From an uncultured Candidatus Saccharibacteria bacterium (GTDB lineage Bacteria > Patescibacteriota > SICC01 > CAYSOT01), in assembly GCA_964432765.1 (NCBI GenBank), contig CAYSOT010000001.1:66096-130095 (forward strand): DNA of 64,000 bases, in the 5' to 3' direction. The position numbers and the translations under genes were made by a program. Shown here in pieces: positions 36,689-46,111 of the stretch. Under the pieces are notes generated by a model. That model did no database searches. It had not been told where the DNA came from and worked only from the letters and a program-made list of their open reading frames with translations. The stretch's first letter is position 1; each line of letters begins with the position of its first letter.

Positions 36689-37282
36689 CTACGTATGCTT
36701 GGCAGCGTTGAACGCCTCTTCAACTGCAGCCCAGTCCATGTTCCGCAAAAAGGCCTCGATGTACTTGGGTCGTGCGGTAGAGAAATCAGCAATATACGCA
36801 TGCTCGTAAACGTCGAGCGCGACTACTGGGTGAGCGTTCCAAATCGGGAAGGTGTCTTGGCTATCGCCAATACAATTGTAGAGAGCTTGAAAATCATCGT
36901 CCCAAGCAGTCCACGCCCAACCTCGCCCTGCCATACCGGCCGCTGTTAAATCGGCAATGTAGTTGTCCCAGGATCCAAAATCTATCTCAACTTGGTACTT
37001 AAACGCTCCCTCAACCGGTGTTCCGTCACCGCCGAGGTGCCCGAAGTAAATCTCATGATTCTTAATTCCCCCGACCGCAAAAGTCGCGCCTAGCGAAGCC
37101 GCCCGGTAATCAGAAAAGGCCTGGTTTGCCTTGCTCTTATCTGCTTCTGCAAGCCTACCCATGGCTTCGTTGAATTTCGCGACATAGCCTTCGTAGAGTT
37201 TGTAGTGAGCCTGAACCGACTGGGCCGAAATCCCCTGCAGGGAATTCAGACGGTCATTGTACGGCTTGGCTTGATATTCCAT
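36689..37282 (-). CDS. Fe/Mn superoxide dismutase family
   Basis: HYKLYEGYV, NHEIYF, LDVYEHAY; AAAGGAG SD. Confidence 0.92.
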   Translation of the reverse strand: MEYQAKPYNDRLNSLQGISAQSVQAHYKLYEGYVAKFNEAMGRLAEADKSKANQAFSDYRAASLGATFAVGGIKNHEIYFGHLGGDGTPVEGAFKYQVEIDFGSWDNYIADLTAAGMAGRGWAWTAWDDDFQALYNCIGDSQDTFPIWNAHPVVALDVYEHAYIADFSTARPKYIEAFLRNMDWAAVEEAFNAAKHT

Positions 37283-37382
37283 GGTCTCCTTTGGTTACTT
37301 CACCAGTATACCTTGTTCGAAATCTTCGCTTGCCAACAAATGGCAAAAGCGCGAAACTAAACTGTCGACAGAAAGGAGCGGG

Positions 37383-37652
37383 ATGACTCCCGACAACCCC
37401 GTCTCGCTCTTCTTCACCTACGTCACCGAGCACCTTCAGACCCTCATCGCTTCTTCGCTTCCCTATGTGCTTTCCCTTTCCATGTGGTTTGGGGTCGGCA
37501 CGGTAACGTGGCAGGTACGTCACGCCATCCGCGAGGAGAAGATCGTCATCACCACGATCGATGAGGCCGAAGAGGATGACGAAGAGGATGACGAAGATGA
37601 CGAGATCGACCCTGGTCTAGACGACTCTCACGAGTTCCCACTCTGGGCCTGA
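37383..37652 (+). CDS. Small single-TM protein with acidic tail
   Basis: AAAGGAG SD, TM segment, DEAEEDDEEDDEDDE tail; followed by a long hairpin (37651-37694). Confidence 0.6.
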   Translation: MTPDNPVSLFFTYVTEHLQTLIASSLPYVLSLSMWFGVGTVTWQVRHAIREEKIVITTIDEAEEDDEEDDEDDEIDPGLDDSHEFPLWA

Positions 37653-37705
37653 AACACGCTTTGCTAACCCCTTCAGGTTCCCAGAGCGTGTTTCCCTTGT
37701 TGTAA

Positions 37706-38260
37706 CTACTTCTGCCAGGGTGTCTCGAGCACACCGGCGCGGTGATTGACAGTACGTGCAAGCACAAACAAAAGATCGGAAAGCCTGTTGATGTAGACCA
37801 GACTATGTGGATTAATCGGCTCTTCCTCTGCCAGTGCCGCGAGGCGCCGTTCTGCTCTACGACAGATGGTTCGTGATTGATGCAATAGTGCGCCCGGCCT
37901 AGACCCACCAGGCAAAATAAAGGTGGTCAGCGCCGGTAATTCCCCATCAAAATGGTCTATCCATTGTTCGAGCTGGGACACCTTCTCTTTGTTAACACGT
38001 AGAGAATCGTCGATCATGCGCTTTGCTTTGGTACCACCTTCCGCCGCTTCGGCACCGATATTGAAAAGCGTGTTTTGAACCTGGGTAAGAATGTTTGTCA
38101 GTTCTTCGTCTGTAATCTCTGCCTGGGCAACCCCAAGCGACGCATTTAGCTCATCAAGCGATCCAAATACCGCCACGCGTGTTTTGAATTTAGGAACACG
38201 CTGGCCCCCATAAAGGCTGGTAAGTCCCTGGTCACCGGTTCTGGTGTATATTCGCGGCAT
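37706..38260 (-). CDS. ATP:cob(I)alamin adenosyltransferase, PduO type
   Basis: IYTRTGDQGLT, GSLDELNA, FILPGG, RTICRRAERR, YINRLSDLLF. Confidence 0.95.
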   Translation of the reverse strand: MPRIYTRTGDQGLTSLYGGQRVPKFKTRVAVFGSLDELNASLGVAQAEITDEELTNILTQVQNTLFNIGAEAAEGGTKAKRMIDDSLRVNKEKVSQLEQWIDHFDGELPALTTFILPGGSRPGALLHQSRTICRRAERRLAALAEEEPINPHSLVYINRLSDLLFVLARTVNHRAGVLETPWQK

Positions 38261-38347
38261 CTAGTGTCAGTCTACCGCGAAACACTTGAGTCGGCACTGA
38301 GAGCGGGGTTCTAGCAGGGAAGAACGCTTGCAGGTAGGCTAAAGGCG

Positions 38348-38938
38348 ATGTCGACACAAAAACCATTTGTTGCACTCGTCGGGGGCCTTGCCTCCGGCAA
38401 ATCTACTACGGGAGCACTTGTTGCCAAGCATCTTGGCTGGAGCTTTGTGACAGAAAACTTTGAGTCACATCCATTTCTTCAAAAATTTTATGAAGATCCA
38501 CGTGCCTACGGCTTTGAAACTGAGTTAGCCTTCTTCGCCATACACGCGCACCAGTTGAACCTTGCTCGGAATACGAGGCCCCTGCTTACTGATTTTTCAA
38601 TTACAAATAACCTTCCCTACGCTGAAAACGTCGTCGATCGTAAGCACTTTGATTCGCTTATTAGGATTCACGATGCGCTACTTCAGCATGTCCCCGAGCC
38701 CGACCTAACAATATTTCTAGACGTTCCGCCGGAAGTACAGCTGGCGCGAATCAAGGAGCGAGGCCGTCATATAGAGCAGGGCGTCACACTTGATTACCTC
38801 ACACACCTCAGGCAAAAGTTCTTGGAGCATTTGGAACGTTTGCCAAGCTACAGCCGCATTTGCGTAAGCGCAACAGATACCCCGGAGCAAGTGGCAGCAA
38901 CGGTTGAAGCAGAAATACAACGATTCTCTCTTAACTAG
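38348..38938 (+). CDS. Deoxynucleoside kinase family
   Basis: GGLASGKST, PFLQKFYED, PDLTIFL, RIKERGRHIE, YLTHL. Confidence 0.88.
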   Translation: MSTQKPFVALVGGLASGKSTTGALVAKHLGWSFVTENFESHPFLQKFYEDPRAYGFETELAFFAIHAHQLNLARNTRPLLTDFSITNNLPYAENVVDRKHFDSLIRIHDALLQHVPEPDLTIFLDVPPEVQLARIKERGRHIEQGVTLDYLTHLRQKFLEHLERLPSYSRICVSATDTPEQVAATVEAEIQRFSLN

Positions 38939-40098
38939 TAGCGCAAAAGCTTGTGCGCACCACCATTTTGCTGATCGTAAACGTACCTCTCGACTTCAGC
39001 GCGCCAATCTAAGTCTGTATCCGACAGGCGTACAATCTGCCCATCTCGCATAAAGTGCGGATTAATCACCCGCCGTTTGTGACGGATTGCCGTTTCGCGT
39101 GGATTGTCGAGAACTAATTGCGGCGCGAATGGATCATCCATTTGACGACGCAACCAGTCCAGCTCAGCATCAGAGGCGCAGAATGTCTGGAGGTGCTCAA
39201 GAAGCTCTGCTTCATCTACGTGATAAAGATCTTCTTCATTGATGTATGCCATCGCTATTGCATGACGAAGCCATTCCGTCGTAGCGCGATGAACCGCAAC
39301 ACTCCGATCACCCGTGTAGAAGTTTTCGTTTAAGAAGCTGAACGTTTCTGCCATTTCTCTGGCGTCTTCCCATGTTCGAAGCACCCAGGTAGGAACACCA
39401 TCTATCTCGCTAACCGTTAAACCGTCGATAATCTCTTGAGCCCTTGGAAGAGTAATAATTGTTCGGCCATACCGACTGCCTGAAACAGCGTCCCGACGCC
39501 AATAATCGATACGATCTGCACAGAGATCTGGCAAAGGGCGTTCCTGCAACGGATGCCGAGATAGATCGAGTACATTTTCAACTTCGATACCATACTCTGG
39601 ATGTGCGGCCAGAATTGTCGCGAGCTCCTGTCGTGCCTCTGAGGGAGTCTCCGCGTCAGCTAGACGGTCATCGTGGTGCGTTTGGTGAAGCGTGTCCTGG
39701 TGAAGATAGTCTATGCAGTGTGAGAAAGTCCCGTGGTCAGTATCATGCCATGCGCCTGCAAGCTGCTCTTCTCGACTAGCCCCGTGACGACGCAGTAGCA
39801 GCCACACGCCAATTGCGTGATCAAACCGCGTATGAGGGCCGACTTCAAGTGCTGCTAAGTAGCCCGGACGATGCCCGAGCTGGCTTATTTCGCGCTGCTT
39901 TTGAAAGCTTCGGGACCGAAGAATTGCTAAATCGAGCGGATCGCGAAAATCTGCAGGACCGTGAAACCAGTCGATGACCCTGATTCCACCATCGGCGAGC
40001 TCTATTTGCTTGGTAGTGTCGGGAAGTGATTTCTCGTCAAACGGACGCTCATACTCGGCGCGGGATTTTCCCCCACCTAACTCAGTTGTCGTTGACAC
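38935..40098 (-). CDS. HD-domain phosphohydrolase (SAMHD1/YwfO-like dNTPase family)
   Basis: ISQLG, HTRFDHAIGV, WHDTDHGTFSH, ADRIDY. Start uncertain; GTG 40098 has TATACT 7 nt upstream. Confidence 0.82.
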   Translation of the reverse strand: MSTTTELGGGKSRAEYERPFDEKSLPDTTKQIELADGGIRVIDWFHGPADFRDPLDLAILRSRSFQKQREISQLGHRPGYLAALEVGPHTRFDHAIGVWLLLRRHGASREEQLAGAWHDTDHGTFSHCIDYLHQDTLHQTHHDDRLADAETPSEARQELATILAAHPEYGIEVENVLDLSRHPLQERPLPDLCADRIDYWRRDAVSGSRYGRTIITLPRAQEIIDGLTVSEIDGVPTWVLRTWEDAREMAETFSFLNENFYTGDRSVAVHRATTEWLRHAIAMAYINEEDLYHVDEAELLEHLQTFCASDAELDWLRRQMDDPFAPQLVLDNPRETAIRHKRRVINPHFMRDGQIVRLSDTDLDWRAEVERYVYDQQNGGAHKLLRY

Positions 40099-40141
40099 GT
40101 TTTTCAGTATATCGGAGCTACCCAAGCACGCCCAGAGGAAC

Positions 40142-41008
40142 CTACATTAAGTCTTTGAGCAGAGGGGCGAGCTTGGGCGCACTTTTTCTAGCCGCCAAAG
40201 GCGCCTTAAGATGTTCAATCTCCTCGGTATAAACCGGTCGTTCTTCGGTGTAGATAATTCCGATTGGCAGCTCGTCGCCCCATTTATGGGCCTGTTGGTG
40301 TGCCGCTTCGTGCGAGGCCGGATTATAGTCGGCTAGATCATCAAGTTTATAGAGACGTTCTCGGTAGTAGTCATACGTTTGAACGTGATTAAACGTCACA
40401 CATGGCTGAAATACATCTACAAGGCTGTAGCCTTGATGCTGCATCGCTGACTTTATCAACTCCTTGAGATGATTGTGTTCTCCGGCAAACCCTCGCGAAA
40501 TAAATGAAGCACCCGCCTCAAGCGCCAACCCCAAAGGGTTCACTTGGCGTTCTATCACTCCATCAGGTGTCGATTTTGTCTTAAATCCCTGCTCTGAGGT
40601 CGGGGACGTTTGTCCCGTCGTGAGTCCGTAAATCAAGTTGTCGTGAACGATATGTGTAATGTTGTGGTTTCCACGCATTGCATGAATCCAGTGGCTAAGC
40701 CCTTCGCCGTAGTTGTCTCCATCTCCGTTAACCACCAGAACCGGCAGGTCGTGGTTTGCGAGCTTGGCTCCGATTGCCGTTGGCAGTGCCCGACCATGGA
40801 GGGCATGAAACCCATAGGCATTCAAAAAGGAGCACATGTTGCCACTGCAGCCGATTCCATACACTACGATCAGCTCATGAGGTGCGATCCCAAGCTCCGC
40901 GAGCGCTTGTTTGATAGCACCCCAAATAGACCAGTCACCACAACCGGGACACCACGTAGGAAATACTTCCGTCTCAAAATCAGTGGCTACTAGTCTTTTC
41001 TTAGCCAT
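40142..41008 (-). CDS. 2-oxoacid:ferredoxin oxidoreductase beta subunit
   Basis: WCPGCGD, GIGCS, HGRALP, GDGD...N TPP motif, QPCVTFN. Confidence 0.95.
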   Translation of the reverse strand: MAKKRLVATDFETEVFPTWCPGCGDWSIWGAIKQALAELGIAPHELIVVYGIGCSGNMCSFLNAYGFHALHGRALPTAIGAKLANHDLPVLVVNGDGDNYGEGLSHWIHAMRGNHNITHIVHDNLIYGLTTGQTSPTSEQGFKTKSTPDGVIERQVNPLGLALEAGASFISRGFAGEHNHLKELIKSAMQHQGYSLVDVFQPCVTFNHVQTYDYYRERLYKLDDLADYNPASHEAAHQQAHKWGDELPIGIIYTEERPVYTEEIEHLKAPLAARKSAPKLAPLLKDLM

Positions 41009-42905
41009 GCATGACTCCTTCTATTGCTTCGACGACTTCTTCTGGGTAGATTGGCCGACCATCGTATTTAAGGAGTCGGTTAGTAAGATTAATACCGGTT
41101 TGCTCCCGAATGAGACCGCCGAGTTGACCCGTCATGTTAGTTTCTACAAGCAAGGTTGATGCCGAATCCGTAAGCAGTGTTTCTACAATCTTCTGAGGAA
41201 AGGGCCAAATCGTCTTGAGCTGCAAGAACCGCGTCTGGATACCGCGAGCCGTAAGGTGTTTTTGTGCTTCGAGAATCGCTCCCTTCGTCGAGCCCCAAGA
41301 AACAATCGTTACCTCTGCATTTTTGGGGCCGTAAAGCTGGGGTGCGGGGACACTTTTTTGCAATTCTGGGAGCTTGGCAAATCGTTTTTGCATCATCGCT
41401 ATCCGCACCTTTGCATCTTCGGAGCTATAGCCAAATTCGTCATGCTCATCAGAATTAGCCATGAAGATACCGCCTTCTTGCCCAGGAAAACTACGTGGGC
41501 TTACGCCATCTTCCATTAGTTCGTATCGCTTGAATCGACGTTTCATTTTTTTAAGCGCCGCGTCTGTGACAACTTTTCCGCGGTTAACCTTCGGTGCACT
41601 AGCGAAAGGCAGTGTCGTCCAATGAGATTCGTTAAGATACTTGTCGGTCAAAACAAAGACTGGGAGCTGATACATGTCGGCCAGGTTGAATGCTTCCGCA
41701 GTCATCAGAAATGCTTCGTCGACGTCACCTGGAGCAAGTATGACTCGGGGAAACTCGCCTTGCGCCGAATGCAGCACGAACCGCAAATCTCCCTGATCCG
41801 TCCAAGTTGGCAAACCCGTTGCTGGCCCGGGTCGCATCGCTTCCATAATTACCAGCGGGGTTTCGGTAATTGCCGCAAGTCCAAGCGCTTCGACCATCAA
41901 GGCAAAGCCGCCACCCGCTGACCCTGTCATAGCTCGCGCTCCAGCAAATGAAGCACCAATTGCCTGGTTTATAGCCGCTATTTCATCTTCGGCATGTTTC
42001 ACGACCATACCGAGCGCCTCTTGGTTCGCTGCGAGATAGTGCATCACCGGTGTCGCAGGAGTCATTGGGTAAGCCGAGTAAAAGGTACACCCTGCTGCTG
42101 CTGCTCCAAGGGCAAGTGCCTCTGCACCAGTGACGGCAATTTGTGCCGATTTCTTCTTAAGTGGTGCGAGGGAGTAGCTAAACTGCTCGGGATATGTGTC
42201 TAGGACATATCGATATCCCGCCGCAGCAGCGGCTTTATTTGCATCAATAGCGGCTTGTTTCTTCTTTGCACCAAAAACATCTTCGATCACTGCTTCGAAA
42301 AGCGGTAAGGGATATCCGCATAGTGCTAAAAACGCTCCAAGCGCGACAGTGTTGCGCATGAGCTTCTGTCCCGCCGCCTCAAGGGCTAGCGACTCTAGAG
42401 GAACACCATAGTGTCGCAGTGAAGGACGCGATAAATCGCCGTGATCGATTGTGATCTCGTCGCTGTCATAAAGAATTGCCCCGTCATCGGTCAGTTCATG
42501 CTCATGTAGAAACACCGTCGCTTTGTTGAGCGCCACTAGTACGTTGATTTTTCCAAGCGCAGCATGGACTTGCTCTTCATCGACACGTAGCAAGAACGTG
42601 TTGTGCCCGCCGCGAATTAATGAGGGGTATTCCGTGTAGTCAAAGACACTTAGACCGCCACGGGAAAGCGTCTTGGTTAGCAAAAGCCCTGAAACAGCGA
42701 TACCGAACCCGGCTTCGCCGCCAATTTTCACGGTAAGTCGATTTGGTCGCGGGCGACTCTGCTCATCAGTTGCAGCAACCGACGGGGTGTCGTGACGAGG
42801 ATCACGAGGATACGTATAGGGATGAGGGGCTCCGGCTCGCCGACTTGCTGGAGCAAGTGCTGTTTCACGCTGTGCGCGTGCCCCCTTTGCACTGCGCTCT
42901 TTCAT
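41001..42905 (-). CDS. 2-oxoacid:ferredoxin oxidoreductase alpha subunit (gamma-alpha fusion)
   Basis: IGGEAGFGI, YPSLIRGGHN, YPMTPAT, AEDEIAA, RPGPATGLPT; ~55-aa N-terminal extension. Confidence 0.95.
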   Translation of the reverse strand: MKERSAKGARAQRETALAPASRRAGAPHPYTYPRDPRHDTPSVAATDEQSRPRPNRLTVKIGGEAGFGIAVSGLLLTKTLSRGGLSVFDYTEYPSLIRGGHNTFLLRVDEEQVHAALGKINVLVALNKATVFLHEHELTDDGAILYDSDEITIDHGDLSRPSLRHYGVPLESLALEAAGQKLMRNTVALGAFLALCGYPLPLFEAVIEDVFGAKKKQAAIDANKAAAAAGYRYVLDTYPEQFSYSLAPLKKKSAQIAVTGAEALALGAAAAGCTFYSAYPMTPATPVMHYLAANQEALGMVVKHAEDEIAAINQAIGASFAGARAMTGSAGGGFALMVEALGLAAITETPLVIMEAMRPGPATGLPTWTDQGDLRFVLHSAQGEFPRVILAPGDVDEAFLMTAEAFNLADMYQLPVFVLTDKYLNESHWTTLPFASAPKVNRGKVVTDAALKKMKRRFKRYELMEDGVSPRSFPGQEGGIFMANSDEHDEFGYSSEDAKVRIAMMQKRFAKLPELQKSVPAPQLYGPKNAEVTIVSWGSTKGAILEAQKHLTARGIQTRFLQLKTIWPFPQKIVETLLTDSASTLLVETNMTGQLGGLIREQTGINLTNRLLKYDGRPIYPEEVVEAIEGVMHG

Positions 42906-43216
42906 GTTGCCGCCAGACCTGGGTGTGAAAGTAGTGCTTCGCGGACTACCTCGAGCCTCGAGGGCAATTCGAGCGCCCTGAGCTCATCGGCAAATTGGCT
43001 GCGCTCGTCGGCAAGTAAGCCAGTGTCATTCGTTAAACCAGCCCAGGCTGTAAGCCACACCTCTTGTGACTCTGGCTCTTCATGGCTGAGCGCCCAGACC
43101 ACCTCTGCTATTGCCGCGTCTTCCATTACGACAGATTCCGCGGATCTTACGAGCCTGAGGCTACTTGGGTGGGGTGTTACGTCCGCGCCCTGTGTACTTG
43201 TTTCTGGCCTGCCCAT
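42902..43216 (-). CDS. Hypothetical protein coupled to the OFOR alpha gene
   Basis: ATGA overlap with the alpha subunit start; TATGCT 7 nt before ATG 43216. Confidence 0.55.
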   Translation of the reverse strand: MGRPETSTQGADVTPHPSSLRLVRSAESVVMEDAAIAEVVWALSHEEPESQEVWLTAWAGLTNDTGLLADERSQFADELRALELPSRLEVVREALLSHPGLAAT

Positions 43217-43275
43217 TGCTGTAAGCATACCTTTTATAGGCAACGAGTTGAAAGCTCTCCTGCTACAATAGCTCC

Positions 43276-43932
43276 GTGCCTAAAAAAACGCATATCATCA
43301 TGGATTTCGACCGGACAATTCTCGACACCGGCAGTTTAAGTAAGGGCATGTATGAAGCAGTGCGGGGTTTTGGAATAAGCCGGGAAAAGTGGAACAGTGC
43401 ACTGGCGGAACGAGGAGAAGAAAATATACTACGAATCGAAAGGTTGGCGGAGCAACTGAATCCACGCAAACCGGGTCATCTTATAGACGCCCTACAGAAA
43501 GAAATTAGCGATGCAACGTGGTATCTGTATCCGGACGTTAGACCCTTTTTGTCTTTTGTGTCACAGCATGCTGAACTTCATCTTTTGACGCTAGGCGATG
43601 CTGATTTTCAGCGCTCTAAAATCGAAGCAACCGGAATCGCTTCCTTTTTTAGTACCATCACAACCACCGAGAAGCCAAAGCATGAACTAAAAAATTTACC
43701 TGTTTCGACTGTCGAACACGGGATCTTCATTAACGACAGCATCCAAGAAACACGCGACATGGCAGGTGTATATCGCTGGGCAAAACACCTCCATATCAAC
43801 CGTGATGGCGTTCAGCTTCCGCTCGACTTTCCATTCAAGAGTTTTCAGAACCTAGTTGAATTACAGATATACCTTTCGGAGCTATTGGATGTTCAGGTTG
43901 CTACTAATCAAGCCGATCAGATACCCAATTAG
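43276..43932 (+). CDS. HAD-superfamily hydrolase
   Basis: IIMDFDRTILD, LYPDV, LLTLG...QRSKI, FIND. Confidence 0.85.
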   Translation: MPKKTHIIMDFDRTILDTGSLSKGMYEAVRGFGISREKWNSALAERGEENILRIERLAEQLNPRKPGHLIDALQKEISDATWYLYPDVRPFLSFVSQHAELHLLTLGDADFQRSKIEATGIASFFSTITTTEKPKHELKNLPVSTVEHGIFINDSIQETRDMAGVYRWAKHLHINRDGVQLPLDFPFKSFQNLVELQIYLSELLDVQVATNQADQIPN

Positions 43933-44436
43933 AGCAGCACTTCCACCAAGCAGAAAGAATTGGAGTGCGCTTTTACGAAGCGATGTCTTAGTCGCAACGC
44001 CCTTGAATATGCCGACCATAATAAATGTGATGGCCCCAAGCACCACGGTGACCTTTGCCGCCGTGGCCGGCTCAAGTCCAAAAAAGAATGGAATGAGCGG
44101 GATCATGCCACTAATTACGTAGACGACCCACATCACCCCGGCAGCAACAAACGGGTTTGCGAGCACCGAATCGATGCGGTGTTTATCATGTTGATCCAGC
44201 GACAACCTAAAGTAGTCATCTTCTGAGGTGCGCGAAAGATACGTTCCGGTCGACATGGCAAAGGCACTCGTGAAAACATCGACGAGAACGGCCAAAATAA
44301 TCAACCGATTTGAAACGAGTGATGCTGTGAATCCGGTAATGATGCCGATGTTAGTCAGAAGAGCATCGTTGGTTCCAAACACAATATCACGTATGAATTG
44401 TCCGGCTACAGGTGTTTTTTCATTGTTGTTTGCCAT
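43882..44436 (-). CDS. VIT1/CCC1 family Fe/Mn transporter
   Basis: IRDIVFGTNDALLT, AFAMSTGTYLS, GMIPLIPF. Confidence 0.88.
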   Translation of the reverse strand: MANNNEKTPVAGQFIRDIVFGTNDALLTNIGIITGFTASLVSNRLIILAVLVDVFTSAFAMSTGTYLSRTSEDDYFRLSLDQHDKHRIDSVLANPFVAAGVMWVVYVISGMIPLIPFFFGLEPATAAKVTVVLGAITFIMVGIFKGVATKTSLRKSALQFFLLGGSAALIGYLIGLISSNLNIQ

Positions 44437-44457
44437 GTTGTAAGTATACGCGTGAAG

Positions 44458-44511
44458 AGAAAAAGAAGCGCGGCGGTTGGGTCTCTGGATGAGATGTTCC
44501 AACCGCCGCGC
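44458..44511 (-). terminator. Long intrinsic terminator
   Basis: GCGCGGCGGTTGG...CCAACCGCCGCGC followed by a T-rich tract on the minus strand. Confidence 0.75.
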
Positions 44512-44522
44512 GGTAGAGGTTT

Positions 44523-44873
44523 TTACCTTCTGCGTCTTGTCCGGACTCCGAGCCCAAGATGAGGATCGAGGGTGACGATTGCCAGGATGAACAGAAGGCT
44601 GAAGCCGACGAAAGCGGCACGTGCAATGACGGCGATACTGCCATCTCCGGAGAGATATGCAACTGCCCAGACTCCTAGCGCCGCCAGAGCGCCGAAGAGT
44701 GGGATCGCCATCGCGACCGCTGCGATGTTGTCCGTCAGCTCATCCGGCGCGAACATCGCGATGATTGCAAGCGCCAGGATGCCGGCATAGACACCCCAGG
44801 GAGCCTCCTGCGCGACTGCCACGAGGAAGGCGAAGAGGATGCCCAGGAGCAGCCAGCTGCGCACTGACTTCAT
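44523..44873 (-). CDS. Small multi-TM membrane protein, GC-rich
   Basis: Hydrophobic 116 aa, basic tail RTRRRR, AGGTAGG upstream. Confidence 0.65.
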   Translation of the reverse strand: MKSVRSWLLLGILFAFLVAVAQEAPWGVYAGILALAIIAMFAPDELTDNIAAVAMAIPLFGALAALGVWAVAYLSGDGSIAVIARAAFVGFSLLFILAIVTLDPHLGLGVRTRRRR

Positions 44874-44938
44874 GCTTACCTACCTTTCAACGAGCCTGGA
44901 CGAAGAATACGTCTTGTGCGAAATGGCGGCAAGTAGAC

Positions 44939-45283
44939 CTAGCGGAAGCTGTGCCCTCCCTTGCCGCTGAAGCCGCGGCGATTCGGGCCACGGAAGCGCG
45001 CATCGGGAACGGGCCGCTTCGGCATCTGCTGGTGCGAGTCGCTGATCACGACGCGACGCAGGACGGGCTCTGCGTTGCTGGCACCGGGCTCGTGACCCTC
45101 CGTGGTCACCTCTTCGAGCGTCATCTCACCGGCGAGGATGAGATCGACGAGACTGCGGATCTGGTTGACTGGAACGCCGGCCTGCAGCAGTCGCCGGTTG
45201 AGTTCGACACGCTCAGCGAGCATCTGCGAACGTGCGTCGTCGGTGTGGACCACAACGCCAGTGATGGTGTCGATGGTGGTCAT
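44939..45283 (-). CDS. Hypothetical protein, GC-rich, basic C-terminus
   Basis: G/C-ending codon bias in this frame; downstream of a promoter at 45416-45444. Confidence 0.55.
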   Translation of the reverse strand: MTTIDTITGVVVHTDDARSQMLAERVELNRRLLQAGVPVNQIRSLVDLILAGEMTLEEVTTEGHEPGASNAEPVLRRVVISDSHQQMPKRPVPDARFRGPNRRGFSGKGGHSFR

Positions 45284-45415
45284 GGGGGTGTACTCACTTT
45301 CATTCGGGGAACGATACTGCCCACTAGCAACGATGATTCGTTACCGGTGAGCAGTATCGTCTATGCCTACATGATGCTAAGGTGCTGCCTTGACAGGGTG
45401 CTGCCAAAGCCATCA

Positions 45416-45444
45416 AAGGTACTATATTTTCCCTTTATTGTCAA
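45416..45444 (-). promoter_or_regulatory. Sigma70-type promoter
   Basis: Minus strand TTGACA-17 nt-TACCTT in an AT-rich patch. Confidence 0.6.
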
Positions 45445-45511
45445 TAAAAATAGACTTCACCAATAGAAAGAACGCGAAGTATTTGGAGATAACTTCGCGC
45501 TCATGCGCACG

Positions 45512-45766
45512 CTAGGATGGGAGAATGTGGCGGTGCCGGAGAGGGGGCAGGGGATGATTCCTCTCCGGCACCAGCCGTTTACCGCCAGGGTCGTTGTTGC
45601 TCGGGAATACGGGGACCAGGGGGTCCGGCGTGCTCTCGAGTGGCGCGGATTCCGTGGCGGAGCCTGTCGACGTCGGCGCGATCGTGATGACCAGGGCCAT
45701 CTGGACGATGGGCAAACGCCCGGTTGGGGACAGCCTCTTGCTGCCTGTCGTCGTTTCGCCGATCAT
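45512..45766 (-). CDS. Hypothetical protein (in frame with the upstream Zn-ribbon ORF)
   Basis: G/C-ending codons; followed by hairpin CGCGAAGT...ACTTCGCG at about 45474-45499. Confidence 0.4.
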   Translation of the reverse strand: MIGETTTGSKRLSPTGRLPIVQMALVITIAPTSTGSATESAPLESTPDPLVPVFPSNNDPGGKRLVPERNHPLPPLRHRHILPS

Positions 45767-45775
45767 CCATGATCG

Positions 45776-46030
45776 TTACACCTGGCCGTGATACCGCGGT
45801 GCCGCCTTCGAAGCGTCGGGGATGAGCCCGACGAGACAGGCCGTCATCTGCAGCATCGACTGCTTTGCCGGCGGACCCTCGACTCGCGAGACGTAACCGC
45901 AACCGCGACAAACCCGAAGGCCGTTGCGCTCGTTGTGGATCCGGTCCGTGCCGCACTGCGCGCAGTGCTCTCTCGTCTCGAGAATTGGCTCGAACCCGGT
46001 TCGGATTTCGGTACTACAGGTTTGGACCAT
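45776..46030 (-). CDS. Small Zn-ribbon protein
   Basis: CAQCG...CRGCG; GGGAG before ATG. Confidence 0.55.
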   Translation of the reverse strand: MVQTCSTEIRTGFEPILETREHCAQCGTDRIHNERNGLRVCRGCGYVSRVEGPPAKQSMLQMTACLVGLIPDASKAAPRYHGQV

Positions 46031-46111
46031 AACCGCTCCCGGTTGTTGAACGTGCTGGTTGCATGCTACGCCCCTGGAAGAACTAGGGCAAGAATGCCAT
46101 ACTGATTGTTG

